A stretch of DNA of 64,000 nt from Mobula hypostoma (Eukaryota). The notes under the pieces are model-generated. The model saw only the letters and a program-made list of their open reading frames with translations. It had not been told where the DNA came from and did no database searches. Both the position numbers and the translations under genes were made by a program. This document shows positions 11,751-22,887 of the stretch, one piece after another. The DNA is taken from NCBI RefSeq assembly GCF_963921235.1, contig NC_086097.1, positions 81,656,001 through 81,720,000 on the forward strand, given 5' to 3'. Numbering within the stretch: position 1 is the first letter of the stretch; each line of letters starts with the position of its first letter.

Positions 11751-14700
11751 TCAATGTTCATGCCATCAGGTTGGAGGCTACCCAGACGGAATATAAGGTG
11801 TTGTTCCTCCAACCTGAGTGTGGCTTCATCTTTACAGTAGAGGAGGCCGTGGATAGACATGTCAGAATGGGAATGGGATGTGGAATTAAAATGTGTGGCC
11901 ACTGGGAGATCCTGCTTTCTCTGGCGGACAGAGCGTAGATGTTCAGCAAAGCGGTCTCCCAGTCTGCGTCGGGTCTCACCAATATATAAAAGGCCACATC
12001 GGGAGCACCGGACGCAGTATATCACCCCAGTCGACTCACAGGTGAAGTGATGCCTCACCTGGAAGGACTGTTTGGGGCCCTGAATGGTGGTAAGGGAGGA
12101 AGTGTAAGGGCATGTGTAGCACTTGTTCTGCTTACACGGATAAGTGCCAGCAGGGAGATCAGTGGGGAGGGATGGGGGGGACGAATGGACAAGGGAGTTG
12201 TGTAGGGAGCGATCCCTGCGGAATGCAGAGAGAGGCGGGGAGGGAAAGATATGCTTAGTGGTGGGATCCCGTTGGAGGTGGCGGAAGTTACAGAGAATAA
12301 TATGTTGGACCCGGAGGCTGGTGGGGTGGTAGGTGAGGACCAGGGGAACCCTATTCCTAGTGGGGTGGTGGGAGGATGGAGTGAGAGCAGATGTACGTGA
12401 AATGGGGGAGATGCGTTTAAGAGCAGAGTTGATAGTGGAGGAAGGGAAGCCCCTTTCTTTAAAAAATGAAGACATTTCCCTCGTCCTAGAATGAAAAGCC
12501 TCATCCTGAGAGCAGATGCGGCGGAGACGGAGGAATTGCGAGAAGGGGATGGCGTTTTTGCAAGAGACAGGGTGAGAAGAGGAATAGTCCAGATAGTTGT
12601 GAGAGTCAGTAGGCTTATAGTAGACATCAGTGGATAAGCTGTCTCCAGAGACAGAGACAGAAAGATCTAGAAAGGGGAGGGAGGTGTCAGAAATGGACCA
12701 GGTAAACTTGAGGGCAGGGTGAAAGTTGGAGGCAAAGTTAATAAAGTCAACGAGTTCTGCATGCGTGCAGGAAGCAGCGCCAATGCAGTCGTCGATGTAG
12801 CGAAGGAAAAGTGGGGGACAGATACCAGAATAGGCACGGAACATAGATTGTTCCACAAACCCAACAAAAAGGCAGGCATAGCTAGGACCCATACGGGTGC
12901 CCATAGCTACACCTTTAGTTTGGAGGAAATGGGAGGAGCAAAAGGAGAAATTATTAAGAGTAAGGACTAATTCTGCTAGACGGAGCAGAGTGGTGGTAGA
13001 GGGGAACTGATTAGGTCTGGAATCCAAAAAGAAGCGTAGAGCTTTGAGACCTTCCTGATGGGGGATGGAAGTATATAGGGACTGGACATCCAAGGTGAAA
13101 ATAAAGCGGTGGGGGCCAGGGAACTTAAAATCATCGAAAAGTTTAAGAGCGTGAGAAGTGTCACGAACATAGGTCAGAAGGGATTGAACAAGGGGTGATA
13201 AAACCGTGTCGAGGTATGCAGAAACGAGTTCGGTGGGGCAGGAGCAAGCTGAGACAATAGGTCGGCCAGGACAGGCAGGTTTGTGGATCTTGGGTAGGAG
13301 GTAGAAACGGGAAGTGCGGGGTGTGGGAACTATAAGGTTGGTAGCAGTGGATGGGAGATCCCCTGAGCGGATAAAGTCGTTGATAGTGTGGGAGACAATG
13401 GCCTGGTGCTCCTTAGTGGGGTCACGATCGAGGGGTAAATAAGAGGAGGTATCCGCGAGTTGTCGCTGTGCCTCGGCAAGGTAGAGGTCAGTACGCCAGA
13501 CTACAACAGCACCCCCCTTATCAGCGGGTTTAATAATAATGTTAGGATTAGTGCGGAGGGAGTGGAGAGCAGAGCGTTCCGAAGGAGTGAGGTTGGAATG
13601 GGGACAAGGTGCGGTGAAGTCGAGACGGTTGATGTCCCGTCGGCAGTTGGCAATAAAGAGATCCAGAGCAGGCAGAAGACCAGAGCGGGGTGTCCATGAA
13701 GAAGAGGAGGGATGAAGACGGGAGAAGGGGTCATCGGTGGGGGTGGAAGAGTCCTTGCCGAAGAAGTAGGCTCGGAGACGGAGACGGCGGAAGAAAAGTT
13801 CCGCATCATGGCGAACACGGAACTCGCTGAGGTGTGGGCGAAGGGGGACAAACGTGAGGCCCTTACTGAGAACAGAGCGTTCTGCCTCCGACAGTTGAAG
13901 GTCGGAGGGGATGGTAAAGACCCGGCACGGATGAGAGCTGGGATCAGAGGGGGGACGGGGGAGGCTGGGGGTGTCAATGGAGAGGGGAGGGTTGGGGTGA
14001 GAGGAAGATGGAGCCTCTGAGGGCCCAGGAGTTGACGGTGGGATCTGAGGAAGACGGGGCTGCGGAGTGGTGGTGGGGGAAGGGGAGACGGGAGTCACAA
14101 CAGCAGCACATAAAGACCCGGCCTGGAGTTCAAGGCTGGAGTCGCAGTTGGTGGTTGCGCGATCGCTTTGAATGTCTCCATGGTCGTTGCTGGAGTCCGG
14201 GTTTTGAATATGTCCTGAGGTGTTGGAGCCGCCGAGACCAACGGCAGGCGCCGCAATTTGAAGTTCATGCCTGCTAGCGTCGGGGCCGGCAGGCTCTGCA
14301 GTCCGTAGATGTAAGATCTTGCGATCTTTGCCTAACATGACAAAGTCAAAAAAACGGCGATTGCAGGCGTGGATCCGACGGAGGATGAAATAGCGGGTAG
14401 GACCATTACAGATGGCGAAGAAAGTGTCCCGAAGGTGTGGAAGGGTCTGGGATAGGGACACCAAGTACCTCCTCATGGCGGAGAGCGTCGCCTTCAGAGC
14501 TTGACGGGAGAAGCGGCGAGAGGCAGAGTCAATAAAATGTGAGTACCTGGGATCCTCAGAAGGTCCAAATTGAGAGGCTTGGAAACGAATCCTAAAGCCA
14601 ACTGGAGTAAGTTGGCGACGGAGGCACGTTCCAAGAAAGGATACATGGCAGTGATAGCGAGTTTGAGTCAAAGTCTGGTCGAAAAGTTGAAGAGCCGAAG

Positions 14701-14860
14701 AAATCACAGATGGGGAGCAGTGAGAGATGGTTTCACTGAACTCCCGTCGAAGAGAGGATCTAAACTTCTTCGGTGTAGGCATCACCGGAAGAGGCTTCGC
14801 AGTAGTGAATTTAAACGCAAACAACAGGAATTCTGCAGATGCTGGAAATTCAAGCAACAT
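11732..14860 (-). CDS. PLE polyprotein: N-terminal domain, Pro/Ser linker, reverse transcriptase, Cys-rich linker, GIY-YIG endonuclease (1042 aa; alternative start 14782)
   Basis: Motifs KPADKGGAVVV, YLLPKIHK..PGRPIVS, LDVQSLYTSI, GVAMGT, RYIDD, FLD, YYKPT, CKQNKCYTC, VIYCVRCSRCGLLYIGET..RFAEH; no internal stops. Confidence 0.96.
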   Translation of the reverse strand: MLLEFPASAEFLLFAFKFTTAKPLPVMPTPKKFRSSLRREFSETISHCSPSVISSALQLFDQTLTQTRYHCHVSFLGTCLRRQLTPVGFRIRFQASQFGPSEDPRYSHFIDSASRRFSRQALKATLSAMRRYLVSLSQTLPHLRDTFFAICNGPTRYFILRRIHACNRRFFDFVMLGKDRKILHLRTAEPAGPDASRHELQIAAPAVGLGGSNTSGHIQNPDSSNDHGDIQSDRATTNCDSSLELQAGSLCAAVVTPVSPSPTTTPQPRLPQIPPSTPGPSEAPSSSHPNPPLSIDTPSLPRPPSDPSSHPCRVFTIPSDLQLSEAERSVLSKGLTFVPLRPHLSEFRVRHDAELFFRRLRLRAYFFGKDSSTPTDDPFSRLHPSSSSWTPRSGLLPALDLFIANCRRDINRLDFTAPCPHSNLTPSERSALHSLRTNPNIIIKPADKGGAVVVWRTDLYLAEAQRQLADTSSYLPLDRDPTKEHQAIVSHTINDFIRSGDLPSTATNLIVPTPRTSRFYLLPKIHKPACPGRPIVSACSCPTELVSAYLDTVLSPLVQSLLTYVRDTSHALKLFDDFKFPGPHRFIFTLDVQSLYTSIPHQEGLKALRFFLDSRPNQFPSTTTLLRLAELVLTLNNFSFCSSHFLQTKGVAMGTRMGPSYACLFVGFVEQSMFRAYSGICPPLFLRYIDDCIGAASCTHAELVDFINFASNFHPALKFTWSISDTSLPFLDLSVSVSGDSLSTDVYYKPTDSHNYLDYSSSHPVSCKNAIPFSQFLRLRRICSQDEAFHSRTREMSSFFKERGFPSSTINSALKRISPISRTSALTPSSHHPTRNRVPLVLTYHPTSLRVQHIILCNFRHLQRDPTTKHIFPSPPLSAFRRDRSLHNSLVHSSPPSLPTDLPAGTYPCKQNKCYTCPYTSSLTTIQGPKQSFQVRHHFTCESTGVIYCVRCSRCGLLYIGETRRRLGDRFAEHLRSVRQRKQDLPVATHFNSTSHSHSDMSIHGLLYCKDEATLRLEEQHLIFRLGSLQPDGMNIDFSNFR

Positions 14861-15263
14861 ACATCAAAGTTGCTGGTGAACGCAGCAGGCCAGGCAGCAT
14901 CTATAGGAAGAGGCGCAGTCGACGTTTCAGGCCGAGACCCTTCGTCAGGACTAACTGAAGGAAGAGTGAGTAAGGGATTTGAAAGCTGGAGGGGGAGGGG
15001 GAGATGCAAAATGATAGGAGAAGACAGGAGGGGGAGGGATGGAGCCGAGAGCTGGACAGGTGATAGGCAAAAGGGGATACGAGAGGATCATGGGACAGGA
15101 GGTCCGGGAAGAAAGACGGGGGGGGGTGACCCAGAGGATGGGCAAGAGGTATATTCAGAGGGACAGAGGGAGAAAAAGGAGAGTGAGAGAAAGAATGTGT
15201 GCATTAAAAAGAGTAACAGATGGGGTACGAGGGGGAGGTGGGGCCTAGCGGAAGTTAGAGAAG
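14814..15263 (-). repeat. 5' pseudo-LTR of the PLE (ORF end plus 3'UTR duplicated upstream)
   Basis: Direct repeat of 11300-11750; begins with the last codons of the ORF. Confidence 0.95.
14917..14952 (-). ncRNA. Minimal type I hammerhead ribozyme
   Basis: Identical to 11403-11438. Confidence 0.9.
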
Positions 15264-15807
15264 GTCTGTTGTACCATCAGCAAAAGTCAATATAATTCAA
15301 CCTAACAAGGTTTATATGACTGAGCACATAACTACTCAATGGAATGTTTTAAAAAATAGTTTGGGGAATTGGGGAATACAAAGTTAGTAACCACTTCAGA
15401 GACTCAGCATTGTTATAATTTGCCAAAGTGACGCCCACTACAAATTCATGCTTTGAAACCGGAGGTTTGTGGTCTCTTCAGAGTGGAAAGATCATAGGGA
15501 GAGGTATTTTTTATTTCCGTCAAATCATTAAGAAATGCTTGAATACATGCAATATTCTGCTCTACAAAAATCTTGAGTCGTCTGGCACTGATGAGCAAAC
15601 AGAGGGAAGACAAGGCAAACCTTTGCTAATATTAGTCTAATTTATTGTCCATTAAAAACCATGCAAAATAAAGACCAACATTTAAAAAGGGAGGAACATT
15701 TTACTCTGCTAATTGAATGACACAATCCTCTGAAAATCAAGTAAAAAAAACTTCCTAGATAAAATATGACTATTTGCTTTGAAGATGGAACTCTCATCAA
15801 CATTTAC

Positions 15808-15946
15808 CTTTGTAGGTATTTATGGAGATCGTGACTCATGCAGCTTTAATTAAACAAATCACGCCTGCAAAACCTGCCTCATTAAAGCCTTTACAGAAAT
15901 GCCCTGTCTTTGCATTCTCCAGAAAGAGTGACACCTGGTCACCCTT
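15808..15946 (-). other. Possible non-coding exon of the host transcript
   Basis: ctctatttttacag| acceptor and AAAG|GTAAAT donor in apparently non-repetitive sequence. Confidence 0.3.
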
Positions 15947-16274
15947 CTGTAAAAATAGAGTAATTATTACTGAGGCATTGTAGAAGGTGCATTATGAAAA
16001 TCTAATTTCAGAGCCGAGGATAGTGAAGCATTGAAGAGGTCTAGGGAATAATTCACACTTCAGTAATGGCCAGAAGTAATATTTGTGCATAAATATACAA
16101 CGTTCGGTTCTACCCCTAACATCTTGGCAGCGAGGCAGCCTGAGTCTGCATACAGCAAGTCCTGGATAAAATCTGAGAGGTGACAAGTACAAGTCATGCC
16201 AGAAAAGTGATGGACAATAATCATTAGTTTGTTTGTTGACTAATTGATTGAGAACCAGCATGGAATCGGATCTT

Positions 16275-16455
16275 CTGCACTTCCAGCAATCCCCCAATTT
16301 AATCCTAGCCTAATCATGGGACAATTTACAATAACCAATTAACCTACCAACCGGTGCGTCTGTGGATAGTGGTAGGAAACCAGAGCAGCAGGAGGAAACG
16401 CACGCAGTCACAGGGAGAACGAACAAACTCCTTACAGACAGCAGCGGGAATTGTC
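16275..16455 (-). mobile_element. V-SINE/HE1-like SINE fragment
   Basis: aatttacaat..ccaattaacc..ggaaaccagagca..ggaggaaac core; related copies at about 23800-23970, 46790-46950 and 51005-51125. Confidence 0.65.
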
Positions 16456-16769
16456 TTCAACACGAGAGTCTAACCATTAGTCGTTGATATTCTATGGCAT
16501 TAACGTTGCCAAATTCCTCACCATCAGCACCCTGGGGATTACAATACTAGAAACTCAAGTTGACCGGTCACATTACAAACCACAAAGACAGGTCAGAAGC
16601 CAAGTAACCTGCAGCAAGTCCATTCACTGTTCATAAGGCATCGATCAGGAATGTGATGGAGTACTCTTCGTTTTCCTGGATTTTGAGGTAGTTCAACAAC
16701 AATCAGCAAAATGTAGCTCGCTTGTCTAACAACCCGCTATAAACATTTTTTAAATCTACAATGCCGCAA

Positions 16770-17495
16770 TTGGCACCTAAAATCTAGTTAATTGGGACAC
16801 ATCCAGATCAGTACATTTTGGACCAATTAAGCAGCTGTCCCAATTAGCCAAAGTTTCATGGAAATAATTAAAAAGGTACCAAAAAAAGCTAAACTACCAT
16901 TTAACTGAAAAATTGTTACGTATTTAAATGAAATACAGAACAATTTAGAACACTGCCAATACTACTACAATACTATAAAACTATATTAGTTCCCAATAGT
17001 TATTGGCAAAGGAATTCACTGCAGTGTTCTTTTGAATGATTGTAAATTAACAAAGTCAGTGCAGATAATGGACTGCCTGCATTGTCTTCCTGCATGAAGT
17101 GGTGTTGTAACCCAACAATAATGCTCCTGGCATCCTGTATAGTCACTAGACCAAGTTCAGATGTGTCACCTTCATCACTTTACTCTTCTTTGTATTTCCT
17201 GCCTTGGTGTTTTGATACACTGTTTTTGATGATTAGATCCTCCAACTCTTCATTGGTATGTGAATCAGCCTTTCTTCAGCACATGCAACTGAAGCTATTT
17301 AAAAACAGTTCGGTCAAAGCACAATGGTGTCTAATAGCCACACAAGTGCACGCCACTGAAGCTTGTTAGAAACTGTTCAGTAAAAATTTCCTTTCCCGGT
17401 TAAGCGGCATAGTGTCACAAACAAACCAGCTATTTTCTCGATTAATTTTTGTCCTTTAAGTTATCCCAAATAAGCCGCTGCCCAATTTAACCAAT
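16770..17495. mobile_element. Degenerate non-autonomous DNA transposon (Tigger-like)
   Basis: Repeated subterminal motifs taattgggac / tcccaattag / tcccaaataagccgctgcccaatttaacc at both ends. Confidence 0.45.
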
Positions 17496-17954
17496 ATTTA
17501 TGTAACTTTTTTAACATAGTAAATCATTCCAACACTCTTAAGGAAATGGAGCCAATGCAGTTTTTAAGCTGTTTCTTCAAGACTGGCCTTAGGGGATCTT
17601 AATTACAGCACACAACTCTTCCAACACATTTGCTGCTCCATTTCTAATGTAAAACTTCAGCTGGATGTTAAACAAAAATGTGTGGTGAAAGGAGGAGTAT
17701 TGTCAATGCTCCAGAAGCCCAAGCTTTGTCATTATTTTGCCCAAGGGTGAAATCAGAACTATTGTATGCATAGTGAGCCATAATATCACACCAATGGTTG
17801 CACTTCTACTTTCAACAATCGTGTATCTGGCAACGGGCAAGTTGTCTTCATTTTAAGGACTTTGATTGACAAGTTTGGCATTGGCACGAAACCAGAAAAT
17901 CTTGCCAAGAACTGTTATCTTGTCAATATGGAAAGCCTTAAAAAGTAGAACTCA

Positions 17955-18760
17955 GTAACGTAAAATTTGAGATGATGGAAACCTTTAATTAAAAGGAAAT
18001 TTTGGAAACAGAGTACATCAGATGAGTTATGAAACGCAAAAAGAGTTAGAGCCTTAGATCAATAACCTCTCATCAGAACGAGGAAAAGTTAGAAAAGAAA
18101 CTTCAGGAAATACAGCCTATGCCTTTCACATCCTCCTCAGTAGCCGAGGGCACACACATGCCTAACAGGTGAAGCAGCGATTCACTTGGACTTCTAGTAA
18201 TCCAGGGTGTGCAGTTAGCACACACAATGTGGTCTCCTCTACCTTTCAGGAACCAAGTGCAATATTGTGTGACTACTTTGCAGAAAGCTTCAGTTCAGAC
18301 CGAAGACTGACAGGCTTTCAATTGCTCATTTAAGTCTCCATCCCATTCCCACTCCAAACTTTTTCACATGACTTGAACCAAATGGTTGAACTATATGACC
18401 TAATTAGTTCATCAGTCTGTATACAGACATTTATTTGAAGCAGCTTAGATTGCTACCTACTTTTTCATTTTTTTGCAACTCATCCAAGATTTGTACCTCA
18501 TGCACAGAAAACTACTGTACTACATTATAACAACATCTCTTGCAAGGTTAAGTAACGAAATTTCATTTTTTGACTAGGTACATTAGAGCATTCATAATTT
18601 AATATTGATTTCAATAGTTTCAGATAACTAGTATTTCTATGAAACAAATATCACCAGTTCTGATGAAAGGTTATTAACTTTTTCTATTTTTCTCTCTCCA
18701 CAGATACTGTGTCACTTGTTGAGTATTTATAGCAATTGTAGCATTTTGTATCTCAGTTTC
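17955..18760. mobile_element. Ancient PLE remnant with inverted tail
   Basis: Antisense tail (tcatcagaac at about 18070), then a sense GIY-YIG remnant (caggtgaagcagcgattcact..tgtggtctcctctac) and a sense tail agttCTGATGAaagg..ctccacagatactg. Confidence 0.6.
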
Positions 18761-18967
18761 AATAGTATTTTTTTAAAACTCTCCAACCTTGTCTTTAAAT
18801 TTACGATTCTTCCATGCAGATCAGTTGCCATTTGCAAGTTTCATCATCTTCTCCGAACTGGCATCACGTGCATCACGCAATCTCCTCCCCATGGTAGGTG
18901 ATCCATTTGTCCTCTCCACACTTCTTTCTGCTCTGTAACTTAAAGCACTCTATTTCTCAAAATGGTC

Positions 18968-19445
18968 CAAAGGTTCATTTATTATCAAAGTTATGTTTGC
19001 AATACACAACTCTGAGATTCTTCTTCTCCAGATAGCCACGAAACAAAACAAAATCATGGATCAGTTCAGAGAGAAACAGCAAACCCATCCTCCTCCCTGC
19101 ACAAAAAAAGAATGGCAACACAATCACCAACCTCCACAACCCCCTCTACTCTACAAAGTGCAACAAGAACATCGGACCCCAAATACCCCTCATCCTGCAC
19201 AAAAAAAAGGGAAAGAACGGGCGAAAACATAGAATATGAAATCTATAAAACTGAAAAAGTCCATAGTCCAAATGCGTATCCATAAACACAGAAAGCCTCG
19301 GTAACATGCCGTGGGCACAGCAACAGGGCACACAGATGCCCCTCTCCAGCAGGAGGGAATCCCACCCACGATCAGAAGGCAGGCGTTAGTGCTCACTCTC
19401 CACCTTCGCCTTGATGTTTCAATCTCCTGGATCCGATGGGGCATT
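18968..19445 (-). mobile_element. Non-autonomous retroposon with Rex1-like 3' tail
   Basis: Antisense of tail ..gaatctcagagttgtgta..actttgataataaatgaaccttt. Confidence 0.55.
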
Positions 19446-19589
19446 AGCTCTGCCTCACTCATTACAGACACACTAGTTTTGCTGAGCATTTCCAGCATTC
19501 TATGATTTATTTATATATTTCAGAACTCACTGTTATTTCTTTTATCTGACAGAGAAATGGGAGGGCAAAGCAAAGTTATGTTGGCGCTA

Positions 19590-20370
19590 AACCATGACTC
19601 CTCTGCTTGCATCTTCAGAAACAGCTCTATTTCTATCTTTGCTATCTCTTTTTTTTCCCTTTTCAAGGTTCTTTTGAAGACCCTGACCTGGAGTTACACG
19701 CTGACTTCGGTTCTTTGCGGGAATGGGACCCGCTCTCAGGGCCTCACGAGTGGCCACTTATTGATATCCCAAGGATGCAGCCTGGAAGACGAGCACACCT
19801 TCAGGGTGCAGGATTTTCGTGGCTCTGGAGATGGGCTGATTCATGGCCGGTGCTCCTGACTGAGGTGTCGCAGGAGAACATGGAACATCGGGAGCAGTGG
19901 GCTAGTTGCTGGCTGTGTGTCCAGAGACCTGAGCTCTCTGGCGCAGAGCTCAGAAAAAGCGACGCAATAGACTTTTAACACCATTAATCAGCGTGGTGTT
20001 TGTTATGTCTCCCCTCTCGCTGTGAAACGGGTCACCTCTTTTTCCCTTATTAGCTAGAGAGGGACCCTGTGATATGTTGAATTACCCAGTGAACGAGTAG
20101 TCTTTGGGGTACTGCAAGTTTATTAATGCTTTGCTGCACACTTGAGTGCTTGGTGGAGGGTGCTGATGGTTTTTTTGCTGGTGGGGGGAGTCGTTGCCTT
20201 GTTGCTACTTGTGCGTGGGAGGGGAAAGTTGAGGGGAGCTTTGGGTTTCTAACGTTTAACTGTCATTCATTCTTTGGGGCACTCCTCTGTTTTCGTGGTT
20301 GCATACGAAGAAAAAGAATTTCAGGATGTATATTGTATAGATTTCTATGATATTAAATGTACCTATTGAA
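19590..20370 (+). mobile_element. Non-autonomous retroposon with Rex1-like 3' tail
   Basis: GC-richer non-coding head, then gaatttcaggatgtata..attaaatgtacctattgaa tail. Confidence 0.5.
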
Positions 20371-20973
20371 ATAAACCTAACATGCAAAGCACATGGAAGT
20401 GATGGAGCACAATTTGCATTGCAAGACTTGCAAATACACCTGATGCAATGGATTTGAAGCAACATATTTTCACACCACAGGAGTTACTTTCCCATCCATT
20501 TGCAAAGCGGGGAGGAAACTTACAGAAAAAAAGGAATGGAGCTGCAACAGGTGGCACACCTTAACAAAAATCTGTTTGGAGCTTCACACAACAGGGTTGA
20601 TGAAAGTAGAAAGTAACTCACATAAACTAGAAGTTTCCAGATAAAATGGGGAATGCAAAGGCAGCTAAAGGCAAGCTATCAATTATTGCCACATAGAACA
20701 GCGATCGAGTCACGAATCACAAAAATCTCTCACTCAGCATCAGAAAAACCAAAGAGCTGACTATCAGCTACATGAGGAAGAAGCCTGAGGTCCATAAGCC
20801 AGTCTTCACAAGGGGAATGGAGGTGGGGAAGGTCAGTAGCTTTCAGTTCCATGATATTAACTTATTAGAGGATCTGTCCTGGGACCAGTAGAAAAGTATC
20901 ATCACAAAGAAGGCATGATGGTGCCTCAACTTTCTTAGGTGTTTGTGTAGCTTCAGCACGTCACCAAAAAATT

Positions 20974-21634
20974 TAGATTATGAGGACATGCACTCCTCTT
21001 TTATTGTCATTTAGTAATGCGTGCATTAAGAAATGATACAATGTTCCTCCAGAATGATATCACAGAAACACAAGACAAACCAAGACTAAAAAAAACTGAC
21101 AAAAGCCACATAATTATAACATATAGTTACAACAGTGCAAAGCAATACCATAATTTGATGAAGAACAGACCATGGGCACTGTAAAAAAAAAAGTCTCAAA
21201 GTCTCTCGAAAGTCCCACCATCTCACGCAGACAGTAGAAGGGAGAAACTCTCCCTGCCATGAGCTTCCAGCACTGCAAACTTGCCGATGCAGCACCCTGG
21301 AAGCACCCGACCACTTGAGTCCGTCCGAAAACTTCGAGCCTCCGACCAGCCCTCTGACACCGAGCATCATCTCTGCCGAGCGCTTTGACCCTGGCCCCGG
21401 CAACAGGCATTAGGCAAAGCTGAGGATTTGGGGCCTTCCCCTCCGGAGATTCTCGATCGCACAGTAGCAGCGGCAGCGAAGCGAGCATTTCAGAAGTTTC
21501 TCCAGATGTTCCTCCGTGCTTCTCACGACTGTCTCCATCAAATTAGGATTGTGCACGGCCCCTATTTAACAAATATGATATCATTTTGGAGCGGCTGTGC
21601 ACGCTGCGTCGCGCCGCCATCTTCTCCTCCCCTC
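20974..21634 (-). mobile_element. Bipartite non-autonomous retroposon nested in the Rex1 fragment
   Basis: CpG-rich head GGGGAGGAGAAGATGGCGGCGCGACG, tail with AATAAA, flanked by an aaattt duplication. Confidence 0.6.
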
Positions 21635-21779
21635 AAATTTTGGTAAGTCTTCTATAGATGAACAGTGGGGAGCACAAGCTAACTGGTTGCATCATGGTCT
21701 GTACGGAAACACCAATGCCTAAGAATGGAAAAAGCTACAGAAAGTGGTGGATACAGCCCAATCCAACACAGGCAAATCC

Positions 21780-22185
21780 TGCAGTATTGTGAGCAGGTGT
21801 TGGGCCTCTTATCTAAGAAAGGATGTGCTGACATTGGAGAGGGTCGTGAAAAGGTCAGATAAGGCTTATGAAAATTATCCCTGAAATGCAAGGGTTAACA
21901 CACAAGGAACATTTGATGGCTCTGGGCCTGCACTCACTGCAGTTTAAAAGAATGAGGGGGATCTCGATTAAACCTATTAAATATTAAGGCCTAGATAGAG
22001 TGGACATAGAGAGGGTATTTCCTCCAGTAATGGAGTTTATGACCAGAGGGCACAGATTCTTGATTAGTGAGGGTGTTGACATTCAAGGTTGCAGAAAGAA
22101 AGCAGGAGAATGGAGTTGAGAGGGACAATAAATCAGCCATGGTGTATAGGACTCAATGGGCTGAATGGCCTAATCTGCTCCTGTC
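21780..22185 (+). mobile_element. CR1 3' fragment nested in the Rex1 fragment
   Basis: gagtattgtgagcag-like start, aaaggatgtgctgacattggagaggg, tail aatgggctgaatggcctaatctgctcct. Confidence 0.75.
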
Positions 22186-22743
22186 TCACAATCTCCCCAC
22201 TTTGTGGTAAATCCACACTTACATGGAGCAATACCACAAGAAAGCAGCGTCTATCAAAGACCCCTGCCATCCAGGCCATGCTAACTTCTTGTTACTTACT
22301 ATTGGGAAAGAAGCACAGAATCCTTAGGTCTCACTCCACAATTATTACCCTATAAGCATCAGGCTCCAGAACCGGCGTAGATAAATTCACTCACGACTAC
22401 TCCAAAAAGATTTGCTTTCAAAGACTCTTTACAACTCATGCTCTCATTAGTTTTATAGTACAGTTTGTCTTCTTTTGCACAGTGGTTGTTTGTCAGTGAT
22501 ACATTTAGGTTTTTGCTCAATTCTGTTGTATTTTTTCCTGTAACTGTCTGCAAGAAAATGAAACTTAAAAGTACAAGGTAAAATGTACATAATTCGATAA
22601 TAAATTTATTTTGATCTTTGAATTGCCTTGCTCCTTTCATTGGAACCTCCTAAACTACTACTACCAAATGCCTTTCTCTGTAATATCAGTAATAACTGGA
22701 TGAGGCAAAAAGGGAAGAACTGAACTTGTGATCTCCTCCTTAC

Positions 22744-22887
22744 CAAAAGGCCATGAACCTTGGCAAGAAGTATGCTTTGAATCGGCTCTCAGTGCAAAGC
22801 TGCTTCCAGGCAATAGCAGCTAGCGTTGCCTCAGCTTTCTGCGATCTCTCGACATCATATTCATTCACACCACAAAGTGGGAATTTG
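22744..22887 (-). other. Possible exon of the host transcript
   Basis: caccttctag| acceptor and TTTG|GTAAGG donor; a neighbouring candidate at 23147-23322 has a tattttgcag| acceptor. Confidence 0.3.

Larger units (their letters stand above)
11300..15263 (-). mobile_element. Full-length young Penelope-like element (Neptune-type) with direct pseudo-LTRs
   Basis: Intact RT-EN ORF flanked by a direct repeat of about 450 bp (11300-11750 and 14814-15263) that differs by about one substitution and one G in a homopolymer run. Confidence 0.97.
20690..22622 (+). mobile_element. Rex1-like LINE 3' fragment, interrupted by two later insertions
   Basis: Collinear with 58512-59577 (accaaagagctga.., aagcagcgtctatcaaagacccc.., aataaatttattttgatctttgaa tail). 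Confidence 0.7.

Noticed and set aside
11289..15290. TSD for the full-length PLE (tcagcagaag versus tcagcaaaag)
   Set aside because: Imperfect and offset about 13 bp from the element end, so not convincing.
14570..15295. 241-aa antisense ORF and similar ORFs at 11281, 38180 and 48277
   Set aside because: Purine-rich reverse strand of the pLTR; it recurs only because the repeat recurs.
15586..15625. CTGATGA as a further hammerhead
   Set aside because: No stem II followed by GAAA and no stem I.
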